From the NCBI GenBank assembly GCA_050014195.1, contig JBEKDT010000010.1, positions 96,001-160,000 on the forward strand: DNA of 64,000 nt. Direction: 5' to 3'. Made by a program: the position numbers and the translations under genes. Below the pieces are notes generated by a model. The model saw only the letters and a list, made by a program, of their open reading frames with translations, was not told where the DNA came from and did not search any database. Below are positions 1 to 9,606 of the stretch, piece by piece (the first letter of the stretch is position 1; the number at the start of each line of letters is the position of its first letter). This DNA comes from Desulfomonilia bacterium. GTDB taxonomy: Bacteria; Desulfobacterota; Desulfomonilia; UBA1062.

Positions 1-808
1 CCGGAACAATAGTTGAATCGATGCCCAGTGCCCGGTCTTTGAATAAAAAATCAATCTTTGTCATAATGGCATTAAACGCACCCAGCCCTATGAAAAAACT
101 CCCCAGGAGCAAAAGAAAATCCTTGTTCGTGAAAATTGATTTCAGCCCGACGGTCATGGATACCTTTTTTTCTGCTGCTATGGGATTAGGAGGCAGCTTC
201 GGCTTGTCCCTGATAAAGATGAGAAATAGGATCAACCCGGCAAGGGCGATCAATCCGTATATATTGAGGATGACATCTATCCCCTGTTTTATGGTGCCGA
301 CCTGCCGGAAATGCGAGAGAATGATATCGGGGGCGAACATGGCTATGACCAGTCCGACGAATAAGGCCATTGTCAACAATCCCGATGCCAGCACCCCTTC
401 CTTTTCCGGAAACCAATTCGACGCCACCTTGGTGAATGAATTCAGTACGAAGGGCTGGCCGATGGAACATCCCACAGTGAAAACAAAGAGCCAGGTGTAA
501 TTGGGTGAGAATATTCTTAAGAACCCGCACAGATCAAGAAAAATGACACCAATACCCGTGCCCCATTTCAGTCCGTACTTATCGATGCACCAGGCGGACG
601 GAATAGTCAGGGGGATCATCACCACCATGAACAGTACGGATAAAAAATCTATATAGTCTACATTTCCCCGCGTATACACTGCAGCCACGTCCCTTGATAT
701 CGGGGCGAAGGTCAGCCACAGGATCTGTGTTATCGCCACATTGAACATGAAAACCACGAGCACTACCCAGCGGTAGGAAGATATCGGTGCAGCTGTGTTT
801 TGTTCCAT
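1..808 (-). CDS. MFS transporter, truncated by the window edge; paralog of 14323..15546
   Basis: Manual translation from ATG at 808: MEQNTAAPISSYRWVVLVVFMFNVAITQILWLTFAPISRDVAAVYTRGNVDYIDFLSVLFM... This closely parallels the MFS at 14323..15546. The frame is open to the left edge. Confidence 0.85.
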   Translation of the reverse strand, partial: MEQNTAAPISSYRWVVLVVFMFNVAITQILWLTFAPISRDVAAVYTRGNVDYIDFLSVLFMVVMIPLTIPSAWCIDKYGLKWGTGIGVIFLDLCGFLRIFSPNYTWLFVFTVGCSIGQPFVLNSFTKVASNWFPEKEGVLASGLLTMALFVGLVIAMFAPDIILSHFRQVGTIKQGIDVILNIYGLIALAGLILFLIFIRDKPKLPPNPIAAEKKVSMTVGLKSIFTNKDFLLLLGSFFIGLGAFNAIMTKIDFLFKDRALGIDSTIVP

Positions 809-1109
809 GGTAACCCTCCGGAATATTCAATACACCTGTCATTAAACCCACTCATCCGGCCAATCAAGAAACTCGATATGAACCATGAATACTTTCTATT
901 ACAAAGGATTATGAACAGTATCTGTCAGGATCATGGTAAATGAATACCGAGATGAGCCATGGTTATGCATGGCCCATCCCTCTTTGTGGATTTCGGTTTT
1001 AAGGAACATGGAAATTTTTCCAAAATTCCCTTTCAGCCAAGAGGGATCTCCCCATGCATGGATCTTTATACGGGTACTGTACACCCCTACCCTTCAATGA
1101 CTATCTCCG

Positions 1110-2201
1110 TTAAAATTTTACAACGGCCGAGAGCCAGACCCACTCACCCTCGAGGCGGTCCTTCATAGAATATTCGTGTAATAATTTGGCAATGAGATTC
1201 ACGTCCTTGCCCCCGATGTTCGGTGTCCACATGATGGCGGGGCCCACTGCCGCGCCTTGGCTCCTGTATCCACCGGGTGTGGCGAGTCCCATTGCTTTAT
1301 TGATTGTATTGATCTCATCAAGGACCGGGCTTTTATCATCGTTCATTTGCTTATAGTAATAGCCCACAATTCCGAGTCCGAAATGCTCGGAAAGATACTG
1401 CGCAAGGGTGTAATCGACATGAAACTCATTGCCTGTCGTGTAGTCTGAAGCCTGATTCTTGGTGTTGATCATATATCCTGCCATGAACGATACTTCATGC
1501 CCCCCTTTCTGATCGAGCCAGGTAAACCCGACAACCTCATCATAGGAAAAGTAGTTTCTGCCCATATTGTTCGACTTGTTGACATCATATCGGCCCGTAG
1601 TGAGGACGAGGTTCTGGGCTGCAAGAAAATGTAAGTCTTTGACATCCCATACAATCCCTACCGGCACGAACTGGACATCCCCAAGGCCTGTGGTAGTGAC
1701 GTTATCCTTTCCAACAATGCCAAGAGCCGGAGCAGCTGGAATGTAGGCCTCTGTATTTAGTTTTGCATCGATACCTATAGGAATGTTGATATTCGAGAAG
1801 TAGCGTCCGCCGAGGATATTGAGATTTGAGGAATATAATATTTGGACAAGATCGAACCATACCTTCGCGTCCAGTTTAGCATATAAAGCCACAGGACCAT
1901 TTTCGGTAGATTGGACAGCTGCAGGATAATTCTTAAGTGTTCCATCCGTGTAGACGATGTTTTCCCTGAAATACAATCCCGGAGGATAATAATTCATCGC
2001 AAAGTCCCCCTGGGCTCCGGGGGTATAACTGCTTGTGCCGCCTTCGCTGCCATATGCGGGTTTATTCAGCGGTATGAAAAGCATGAACGTGATGAGGAGA
2101 CCCGTGCATGCAAACAAAATGAATCTTGCCTTTTGATTGTGATTCATTACTTGAGCATGATCCGATGTACCCTTTTTCTCTCTCCGTTCTTGCCTATCCA
2201 T
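1110..2201 (-). CDS. SphA / MetA-pathway (phenol-degradation) family outer-membrane channel
   Basis: Signal-like hydrophobic segment, then 'SEGGTSSYTPG', 'GLGDVQFVP', 'TGRYD...NMGRNY', 'YTTGNEFHVDY' and a C-terminal Phe. Start moved to the ATG after a G-rich SD. Confidence 0.75.
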   Translation of the reverse strand: MDRQERREKKGTSDHAQVMNHNQKARFILFACTGLLITFMLFIPLNKPAYGSEGGTSSYTPGAQGDFAMNYYPPGLYFRENIVYTDGTLKNYPAAVQSTENGPVALYAKLDAKVWFDLVQILYSSNLNILGGRYFSNINIPIGIDAKLNTEAYIPAAPALGIVGKDNVTTTGLGDVQFVPVGIVWDVKDLHFLAAQNLVLTTGRYDVNKSNNMGRNYFSYDEVVGFTWLDQKGGHEVSFMAGYMINTKNQASDYTTGNEFHVDYTLAQYLSEHFGLGIVGYYYKQMNDDKSPVLDEINTINKAMGLATPGGYRSQGAAVGPAIMWTPNIGGKDVNLIAKLLHEYSMKDRLEGEWVWLSAVVKF

Positions 2202-2344
2202 GAAATTTCCCCCCTTCATACTAAGATAAGTGCTTTTCTTGTTCTTAATAGTATGTCCGCAGTATTTCTTTACAGGGATGTGCATTACAGTTTAAACCCC
2301 ATAACCTCATGAAATATAAGCCCCTCCTATTAAATGATACACTA

Positions 2345-2401
2345 TCGGTTAAGAATGAATAGAGCCATTCAGGCCAAAATATATGAGAAATCAGGCCAAA
2401 T
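2345..2401 (-). promoter_or_regulatory. Putative AraC-type operator/promoter (tandem TCAGGCCAAA)
   Basis: TCAGGCCAAA at 2369 and 2391, with a flanking GAATAGAGCC. A near-identical arrangement occurs at 8129-8182. Confidence 0.55.
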
Positions 2402-2503
2402 TGATTACACCCGTTTCCTGATAATCTCACCATATACATGATGAAAAATTACAATCGTAGAAAGGAATGTCAAGATGACGCCCTTTAGAATTAAAAAAAA
2501 GTT

Positions 2504-3589
2504 CTATTGTTTTTCACCCAAGGAAAATCCGGATAACAGCATCGCAAGCATCCTCCCCACTTCAGAGAGAATCCGGGCGGTAATCTTGTCCAGAAAGGCC
2601 AGAGCAGGAAGATGAGACTCATTGAAGATTACCCGGCCTGCATCTGCCGAGCACATCTTTGTCTGGGTAGCTGCATCCACATGGCTGTTCTTATCCATGT
2701 GCCTGAAGACATCAATAAGCTCCTGGCCGAATTGGTTGAGAAAAAAATTAAATATCGGGTTCAACAGGCTTTGAGCGCCACGAATATAATCATCCAGCTC
2801 GGAGGTTACATCACAACCGGATCCAAGCCCATCACGGGCACCGTGTAATAGTGCTTGCTTGAAGGCTGGAAAACCCTCGCGAAACCGGTGTTCGACATAA
2901 ACCTCATAACCCTGATGAGCAGAAGAGACGATTTGAGCCAGATTTTGAAATGAGAACAGGTTCTTTATCAGCAGCCATGCGGGCGCCGCCTTGACATGGA
3001 GGGGGTTGCCCAGGTCGGCCAGATAGTGCGTGCAGCGCGAAAGATATCTCCAGCCCCAGTAGTCGTTGCCGGTCTCGAATGCCCTCTTGGCCAGATTCAT
3101 ATGAAACAGGAATGACTCGGGCGCCATGCCGAATCTCTTGCCCAGCATTTGAAACTGCATGTGTCTCCAGCCATGTGAGCCGCCGGTGAGTTTCTGGTGT
3201 TTATGGAGATTAAGATCGCAGTCCGGGTGCAGGTCCGGTTCGGTGCTGTAGATGACCAGTATCTTCCAAGGCTCGATGCTTATGTGAGTCGGAGGTTCAG
3301 TGCTGTATTCACCATTTCGCTGGTCATAATCAAAAGTCGTGAACGGGTCTAATTTCCTGACATCCCTAAAAAGTTCTTTATAGAGATCGATGTGCCTCGG
3401 GCCCATGGGCCAGATCCCCTCATGAAGACCGGGGTTCGGTCTTACGGGAACGGGCGGCAGCTCCATGAGCCTTTCCAGCGCATGTACGGTGAAATACGTG
3501 ATGTATTCATGGGAAAACCATGGCGCCCAGGCAGAAGGCAACCGCGGGTCGTCATGTAAATAGTATTTCAGAGATTCTGCTAAAACCAC
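2504..3589 (-). CDS. Zinc-dependent phospholipase C / S1-P1 nuclease-like protein
   Basis: Metal-ligand pattern AW..H, 'EPDLHPD', 'HGWRH', 'HYLADLGNPLH', 'HQGYE'. Start codon uncertain. Confidence 0.6.
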   Translation of the reverse strand: MVLAESLKYYLHDDPRLPSAWAPWFSHEYITYFTVHALERLMELPPVPVRPNPGLHEGIWPMGPRHIDLYKELFRDVRKLDPFTTFDYDQRNGEYSTEPPTHISIEPWKILVIYSTEPDLHPDCDLNLHKHQKLTGGSHGWRHMQFQMLGKRFGMAPESFLFHMNLAKRAFETGNDYWGWRYLSRCTHYLADLGNPLHVKAAPAWLLIKNLFSFQNLAQIVSSAHQGYEVYVEHRFREGFPAFKQALLHGARDGLGSGCDVTSELDDYIRGAQSLLNPIFNFFLNQFGQELIDVFRHMDKNSHVDAATQTKMCSADAGRVIFNESHLPALAFLDKITARILSEVGRMLAMLLSGFSLGEKQ

Positions 3590-3716
3590 CCGGCTCAGTG
3601 CCCCCTTGCCCTGCCCCTCCCTCCCTGATTCGGGGGCGGAGGGGAATTAACACGAAGCCAGGATTCATTCATCATGAATCCTGACTCCTCGTATTCTTGA
3701 TCCCGATTTTCTTGTC

Positions 3717-5024
3717 TCAGATCTTGAACTCGGTCTTTTTCTTCCAGGTACCGAGTGCAACCCCCAGCTCCTCGTGCTCCTGGGAATATTGATCCAGCGG
3801 AATGCCTTTGAGCACGGCATCGATGGCCTGGCGGAAGGCTTTCGTGCCTGCGGTCGGCCCCTGAGGATGGGCATGAATGCCGCCGCCTGAGCCGATCATG
3901 ATATCCCGGCCCAGCGCATTAATGATATCAGGCACGTTTGCAGGTGTTATTCCGCCGGACGGCATGGGCAGGGTCTGCTTTAATTTGCCGAACGGATAGG
4001 TCAGGTTGCGGCAGGTAGCCATAAAGCGATCGTGCATGTAGATGCCCTTGCCTCCTTGGGAGAAGGGCAGCACGATCGCGTCCGCGCCGCACAGACGCGG
4101 GATTTTGCCGAAGATGATGGGCGAAGAGATGCCCTGGTAGGGCGACATGAAGTACGCACCTGCCAGGTCCATGTGGGCCAGTATGGGAACGTTGATGGCC
4201 GGGTCTTCGGCCAGGCCGCGCATGGCTTCCGGCCCCACGGCAAGATAGTTCACCATCATGGCGTTCGCCCCTGCATCGATGCAGCGTTTTGCCAGGTCGA
4301 ACATGCGCGGCAGGCGGTCCGTGACGTTTACCGTATAGAGGGTATGCTCGCCTGTGGCTTCATACACCTGTTTTTCAACCGCCATGTAGTGCTTCACCCG
4401 TTCGACCGCATCGTTGTAGCGCATATTAGCGATCAGCTCATCGTCTTTGATCACGTCGCATCCACCCATGGCAACGTCCTTAAACAGCCTTACCCCGACC
4501 TCCAGGGGGTAGCCGCTGCACGGCTTGATCATGTTGTTCAAGAGCGGCCGCTCCTTTTTGATACCCAGGGCCTTGTACCATCCGTCGATGCCGAAGGCCG
4601 GCCCCTGGTATTGATCCAACGTTGTTCTGGGCATTCTGAGGTCCAAGAGCTTGAAATTGGGTACCATGGAAATGTTGCCGATGGTGGCGGTCAGGAGCAT
4701 GGGCAGCTGATCTTCCACATTGGCCGAAGGGAAAGCGATCTGGAGGATATACTCCCGGTATTTGATATCATCCGGCAGGCCGTATTCATAGAAAGGCGAT
4801 TCAAAAACACCGATGACCTTGGCCACATGTTTGGCGCGGACTTCCGGCGTTTCGCCGGGAACCGGCACCCAGGTACCCGTGGTCTGCTCGATGGCAAGAA
4901 TCTGGCCCATGAGCGCCATGTCCATGTTCTTATCGGCCCGAATCCAATACGTGGCGACCACGTGGTTTTCCATATCAATGCCCTCTGGCAGTGCTATGGG
5001 CTTGTCTGCAAAGGCATCTATCAT
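3717..5024 (-). CDS. RuBisCO-like protein (form IV RLP)
   Basis: EQTTGTW, 'IKP', 'DVIKDDE', 'PMPSGG' and 'GGGIHAHPQG' motifs. The K177-equivalent is Cys (KPCSG), and there is no small subunit or prk. Confidence 0.92.
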   Translation of the reverse strand: MIDAFADKPIALPEGIDMENHVVATYWIRADKNMDMALMGQILAIEQTTGTWVPVPGETPEVRAKHVAKVIGVFESPFYEYGLPDDIKYREYILQIAFPSANVEDQLPMLLTATIGNISMVPNFKLLDLRMPRTTLDQYQGPAFGIDGWYKALGIKKERPLLNNMIKPCSGYPLEVGVRLFKDVAMGGCDVIKDDELIANMRYNDAVERVKHYMAVEKQVYEATGEHTLYTVNVTDRLPRMFDLAKRCIDAGANAMMVNYLAVGPEAMRGLAEDPAINVPILAHMDLAGAYFMSPYQGISSPIIFGKIPRLCGADAIVLPFSQGGKGIYMHDRFMATCRNLTYPFGKLKQTLPMPSGGITPANVPDIINALGRDIMIGSGGGIHAHPQGPTAGTKAFRQAIDAVLKGIPLDQYSQEHEELGVALGTWKKKTEFKI

Positions 5025-5057
5025 GGCTCTATCCTCCTTAAAGATGTATTTATCTTA

Positions 5058-6467
5058 TTAACCCTTGGGAATCAGGGAGAGCACATAATCCCAGATTTCC
5101 AGGGTCCTGTTCAACGACTCATCATCGTGCTGCATGCATGTGTACATGCGTGTTCCTGCAAGGGTGCACAATCCGTGTGCCATAGTGACGACCTGGTAGT
5201 CATCCGCGACCTGCTTGCGTGTAAGGATCTGCATGAACGCATCCGGAGCGGAGAGGTCCATAGAGAAAAACGCGGTGGTTACATAATGCATGATCGGTCC
5301 GAAATTGTAGACGAAGAACCCCAGGTCGGCCCGTGTGGCAAACAGATCATTCAATGCCTTGGTGAGCCTGTTCGCATAGTCGGTTGCCTTTTTCACGGCA
5401 TCATATTCGACCATGAGCTTCAGGGCATGGTAGCATGCGGCCGTGGAGATGGGGTTGGCTGCCAATGTGCCTCCGATGTAGATCTTTTCGCCCAGACCGC
5501 CGTGACACACGGCCATAACGTCCTTGCGGCCGGCCACAGCGCCTGCCGAAGGGTAACCGTGGGCAATGATCTTACCCAAAACAGTCAGGTCCGGCATGAT
5601 GCCGAATAACTTCTGGGCGCCTCCCATATCTACCCTGAACCCGGTCACTACTTCGTCAAAAATAAGAAGCGACCCATACTGGTCGCACAGCTCGCGGATG
5701 CGGCGGTTCCAGTCCGGATGGACCGGGTGCGCGCCGGATTCTCCGCCGATGGGCTCCACCATGATTCCGGCAACCCCGCCCTTGTCCTTATTGTCTTCAA
5801 AGGCCTTTTCCAATGCCTCAAAGTTATTGGGTGGTACATCGACAAGGTGAGCATAGCTTTCATTCGTGATGCCACGGGAGTTTAAAGACCCGGTTCCGGG
5901 GATGTGCAGGGAGTACACCATCTGATCGGACCAGCCGTGGTAGCTCCCTGAGATCTTGATGATCTTGAGTTTCCCGGTGAAGGCCCGGGCTATGCGGATG
6001 GCAGCCATGTCCGCCTCTGTGCCTGACTGGAGAAAACGGACCATCTCAACAGCGGGCATGTGTTTGATGATCTCCTCGGCGGCCAGGAGCTCATATTCCG
6101 AGGTCAGTCCCGTAGACGGCCCCTTTTCCCGGATGATCTGAATGATCTTTTCATCCAGCGGGTCGAAGCTGTGTCCCAGGATAATGGGCGCCCCGGACAT
6201 GAGATAGTCTATGTAGGCGTTGCCGTCCACATCCCACACATAGTAGCCTTTGGCCCTGTCCATGGCCAGAGGAAAGGGTTTGTTCTGGCTCAGGTTATGC
6301 TCGACCCCGCCGGGGATGATCCCCTGGGCCTTTTCAAAGATCTTAAGCGACTTCTTGTTCCGCTCGGTGTAGAGCTTGCGTTCCGCAGCCAGTTTGTCGT
6401 CCGGGATCGGGTGCGCCGGTTTTGATAGGATCTCGTTTCTCCGAGATATGATCTCTTGATATTCCAT
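5058..6467 (-). CDS. Class III PLP aminotransferase (glutamate-1-semialdehyde aminomutase-like)
   Basis: 'WDVDGNAYIDY', 'SGTEA', 'SYHG', 'LIFDEVVTGFR', 'LGKIIAHG' (PLP Lys). Confidence 0.88.
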   Translation of the reverse strand: MEYQEIISRRNEILSKPAHPIPDDKLAAERKLYTERNKKSLKIFEKAQGIIPGGVEHNLSQNKPFPLAMDRAKGYYVWDVDGNAYIDYLMSGAPIILGHSFDPLDEKIIQIIREKGPSTGLTSEYELLAAEEIIKHMPAVEMVRFLQSGTEADMAAIRIARAFTGKLKIIKISGSYHGWSDQMVYSLHIPGTGSLNSRGITNESYAHLVDVPPNNFEALEKAFEDNKDKGGVAGIMVEPIGGESGAHPVHPDWNRRIRELCDQYGSLLIFDEVVTGFRVDMGGAQKLFGIMPDLTVLGKIIAHGYPSAGAVAGRKDVMAVCHGGLGEKIYIGGTLAANPISTAACYHALKLMVEYDAVKKATDYANRLTKALNDLFATRADLGFFVYNFGPIMHYVTTAFFSMDLSAPDAFMQILTRKQVADDYQVVTMAHGLCTLAGTRMYTCMQHDDESLNRTLEIWDYVLSLIPKG

Positions 6468-6489
6468 GGGAACACTGTCCTCCTATTTT

Positions 6490-8103
6490 TCATTGTCCCT
6501 GCGGCGGCAGGGAACATATGGTGGGTGCATTTTTATTCATTCGCGAACAGATCTTTTTGTGGAGCTTATACAGGTTCAGGAACTCGTCGAATATCTCGCT
6601 GTAGATTTTCGTGTTATCCGGATTGGGCTGGTATTCGGCCTTGATCCCGATGCGATCCGGGATTTCTTCCACCGTGATATACTTCAATGCAATTGCGGCA
6701 AGAAAGGCTGCACCGCGTGCATTTGCATAGATGGGGCCCTTGACCTGCCGGATGGGCCTGTTAAGGACATCGGCCATAATCTGCGACCAGACATCCGAAT
6801 TGGCGCCGCCGCCGATGAAATTGAGGTGCGTAAAAGGCCTTCCCATAAACTTTTCTACCGGGTCAAGCAGCCACCTCTGGTTGAATGCCACGCCTTCGAA
6901 TACGGCCCGGGCAATGTCTTCCCTGGTGTTTTCCAGGGACAGGTTGAAGAAGGAAGACCTGATGTGGCAGTCTTCAACAGGCGTGCGTTCTCCGTACAGC
7001 CAGGGGGTGAAGATGACATTGTTGGAGCCCGGCGGGACCCGCGAAACAATCTTGTCAAGAAACTTGAAGATGTCGGGGGTGTTTTCCTCAACCATGAGCT
7101 CGTCTTTGTGATACAGGATATTGTCCCTCAGCCAGGTAAGACACTTGCCTGCACACTCCTGCTCGGTGAGAATAAGGTATCGTCCGGGGATGGGGCTTGG
7201 GAATGAGCCGAAGGAGTGGAACAGATCGGTCTTTTTAAAAGGCACATGGGCCGAGATCCAGGAAGAGGTGCCGATGTAGATATGGCCCTCGAAATCTCTC
7301 ACCGCGCCCGAGCCCACGCACGCCGACGGCACGTCCGGGGTGCCGCCTATGACGGGTGTATCGGGCTTCAAGCCCAGCTCCGAAGCCACTTCTTTCTTTA
7401 CCGGCCCGAGTATGTCCACGGCCCGTATCAGGTCAGGAAGCTTTGCCCGATCGATCCGGGCCATCTTCAAAAGCCTGTCATGATAAACCACATGGGAGGG
7501 GTCGCGATTGTCCGTTACCCAGTGGAGCAGGATCGAATCGTAGGTGGCTGCAAACCTGCCCGTCAGACGCAGATTGATGTAATCCTTGGGTTCAAGAAAT
7601 TTATATGTCCTGGCATAGACATCAGGGTAGTCCCTCTTCAGCCAGAGTATGTGTGCAAGAGGGTCCTTGCCTGACGCGGCAGGTGCACCCCCTGTCAGCC
7701 GGAGCCAGTGCATGAGTTTCAGCAAGGGATAGCCCTCGAACTTGATGGGGCCTTTTAGTATATCCTTCAATGCATCAGAGCCCCTGCAGTCCATCCAGAT
7801 GATGGCGTTCATCAGGTTCCTGCCGTCCCGGTCCACCGGAACGGTGCCCGACCACTGGGTGGTGACGCTCACTGCGACAATGTCTTCAGCCGGCACCAGA
7901 CCCTTCACAAGCACTTTTTTCGAGGTGGACATAATGGCGTTCCACCAGCCTTCCGGGTCCTGCTCCGCACCTCCGCCGGGAAGCAGGATGACCTTGGTAT
8001 CCTGGAACTCGCTGTCCAGCACCTCACCATATACCGAGATCAGGGCGGTCTTGGGGCCGGATGTGCCCAGGTCGATGGCCAGTATGTATTTGTCTTTGCC
8101 CAT
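6490..8103 (-). CDS. FGGY-family carbohydrate kinase (xylulokinase-like)
   Basis: 'AIDLGTSGPK', 'EQDPEGWW', 'IIWMDCR', 'IGTSSW', 'PWLYGERTP', 'GGGANSDVWSQIMAD'. Confidence 0.92.
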   Translation of the reverse strand: MGKDKYILAIDLGTSGPKTALISVYGEVLDSEFQDTKVILLPGGGAEQDPEGWWNAIMSTSKKVLVKGLVPAEDIVAVSVTTQWSGTVPVDRDGRNLMNAIIWMDCRGSDALKDILKGPIKFEGYPLLKLMHWLRLTGGAPAASGKDPLAHILWLKRDYPDVYARTYKFLEPKDYINLRLTGRFAATYDSILLHWVTDNRDPSHVVYHDRLLKMARIDRAKLPDLIRAVDILGPVKKEVASELGLKPDTPVIGGTPDVPSACVGSGAVRDFEGHIYIGTSSWISAHVPFKKTDLFHSFGSFPSPIPGRYLILTEQECAGKCLTWLRDNILYHKDELMVEENTPDIFKFLDKIVSRVPPGSNNVIFTPWLYGERTPVEDCHIRSSFFNLSLENTREDIARAVFEGVAFNQRWLLDPVEKFMGRPFTHLNFIGGGANSDVWSQIMADVLNRPIRQVKGPIYANARGAAFLAAIALKYITVEEIPDRIGIKAEYQPNPDNTKIYSEIFDEFLNLYKLHKKICSRMNKNAPTICSLPPQGQ

Positions 8104-8128
8104 TTTAATTTATATCTTTGCCATGACC

Positions 8129-8182
8129 GTTAAACAAAGAATAGTGCCGGTCAGGTCAAAAAAGTGATAAATCTGGCCAAAA
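8129..8182 (-). promoter_or_regulatory. Putative AraC-type operator/promoter (TCAGGTCAAA / TCTGGCCAAA)
   Basis: Direct repeats at 8151 and 8172 (21-bp period) lie between the kinase operon and the divergent AraC gene. Confidence 0.55.
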
Positions 8183-8273
8183 GGATAGTGTTATGATATA
8201 GGGGATACAATTGATTTTGTGAGATAGAATACATTCCGGGTAAATGACTTCACATCGGGGGGGCGATCTGGCC

Positions 8274-9281
8274 ATGGATAGGATACCTTCCTACAGTGCG
8301 AAATGGCTGGTGCATCAGCTTGTCATACGGGGTGTCCCCTTAGACCGGATCCTGAGAGGCACGGACCTGTCCGAGGCCTGGATGAAAGATGAGAATGCGC
8401 TCATCGCACAGGCCGACTATCTGAAGATCGTGGGCAATGCCTTTGATGAAACAAAAGATCCCGCCCTGGCGCTTCATCTGGGCCAGAAGCCGAACCTGGG
8501 AGAGCTCGGCATATGGGGATATGCCATCATCAGCAGCCCGACCCTGGGGGAGGCCAATGAGGTAACCCTGCAGTTCTGGGAGCTGAACGGTTCCCTGGTT
8601 ACGCTGTCCTACAGGAAGGAAAACGATTGTTCCACGTGGGAGATCCGCCCGGCCTTTCCCATGGATAGCCCCCGCGCATGGATTTTTGCCGTGGAAGAGC
8701 TTCTTGCAACCTTTTTTTCCGGTTCCGATTTCATATCGGATCAGGAATTTCCGATCACCGAGATCTGCCTGTCCTACCCAGACCCCGGCCATGGCGACCT
8801 TTACCGGGAGATGTTCAAGTGCCCCATACATTTCAACAAGGACGTGGACCTCTTCCGCATCTGCTTTCCCTTCGAGGATGTCCCCACATCCATGGGCAAC
8901 CCCCATCTGGCCGCCATATGCAAGCAGCAGTGCCAGGAGCTCATGGCAAAGCTCAAGGGGTCTGACGAGCTGATAGGCGCCATCCGGGATGCAATCATCG
9001 CTTCCCTGGGCCAGTTCCCGCGCCTGCCGGAGATCGCTGCACACCTGGCCATGAGCCCGCGGACCCTCCGCAGACGCCTTCTGGAAAGAAATACCACCTA
9101 CCAGCATATCCTCGATGAGATTCGTTCGGAATTGGCAAAAGAATATATCGTGACCACCAGTCTCAGCGTTGACCAGATCGCCAGCCGCATCGGGTTTTCC
9201 GAGGCCACTACGCTGCGGCGCGCCTTTAAGAAATGGACCGGCCTGAATATCAAAGAGTTCAGGCGGATGGAAGTACAATAA
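8274..9281 (+). CDS. AraC-family transcriptional regulator (OruR/ArgR-like N-terminal domain)
   Basis: 'LGIWGYAIISSPTLGEA', and C-terminal HTHs 'AMSPRTLRRRL' and 'IGFSEATTLRRAFKKWTG'. Confidence 0.92.
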   Translation: MDRIPSYSAKWLVHQLVIRGVPLDRILRGTDLSEAWMKDENALIAQADYLKIVGNAFDETKDPALALHLGQKPNLGELGIWGYAIISSPTLGEANEVTLQFWELNGSLVTLSYRKENDCSTWEIRPAFPMDSPRAWIFAVEELLATFFSGSDFISDQEFPITEICLSYPDPGHGDLYREMFKCPIHFNKDVDLFRICFPFEDVPTSMGNPHLAAICKQQCQELMAKLKGSDELIGAIRDAIIASLGQFPRLPEIAAHLAMSPRTLRRRLLERNTTYQHILDEIRSELAKEYIVTTSLSVDQIASRIGFSEATTLRRAFKKWTGLNIKEFRRMEVQ

Positions 9282-9294
9282 AGAATAGAGGTGA

Positions 9295-9316
9295 ATGGTG
9301 AGCTGCATAGGATATG
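9295..9316 (-). mobile_element. Degenerate att-like copy of the tRNA-Val 3' end
   Basis: atggtgagctgcataggatatg vs tRNA atggtgggccgcataggatttg (19/22). It sits at the GC-rich to AT-rich transition, with a TGTTGGCAA tandem repeat at 9376/9387. Confidence 0.6.
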
Positions 9317-9606
9317 GGCCTTCTATTTTGAAGAGTGTGTCAATGTGAATTCAATAAGTTATGTCTCAAAAAACCTGTTGGCAAGTTGTTGGCAAATCAC
9401 TGGAAAACAACTGGAGATCTCAATATGAAACATATGAAGGATATGATGAAAATTGGACTAATAGTTAATCGAAGTAATTAACGGTTTGGCAGCTATATTA
9501 AATCTGACAAATATTACCAGAAGTGTAGAAAAGTTAAAGTGAAGCAAGATCCAATGAAATCAGATATTCTACAATATTCCTTAATATATTGTAATTATTG
9601 ATACTT

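Noticed and set aside
3598-3648. G/C-run palindrome as a G-quadruplex or ncRNA
   Set aside because: Single occurrence in the window, resembling common intergenic CCCCTCC/GGAGGGG hairpin repeats, with no further support.
3717-5024. Bona fide CO2-fixing RuBisCO
   Set aside because: The K177-equivalent is Cys, there is no rbcS or prk, and the context is catabolic. It is a form IV RLP.
4032-5609. Long antisense ORFs (also 8340..9308, 14665..15531, 16918..17946, 26104..26967, 53242..54300)
   Set aside because: Shadow frames opposite well-supported genes in GC-rich coding DNA, with no motifs.
5058-6467. hemL (tetrapyrrole synthesis)
   Set aside because: GSA-aminomutase-like fold, but divergent and embedded in a kinase/RLP operon without hem genes. 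Gene symbol withheld.
9344-9371. dif-like XerCD site
   Set aside because: Only a partial TTATGT resemblance. The arms and spacer do not fit the 11-6-11 dif layout.
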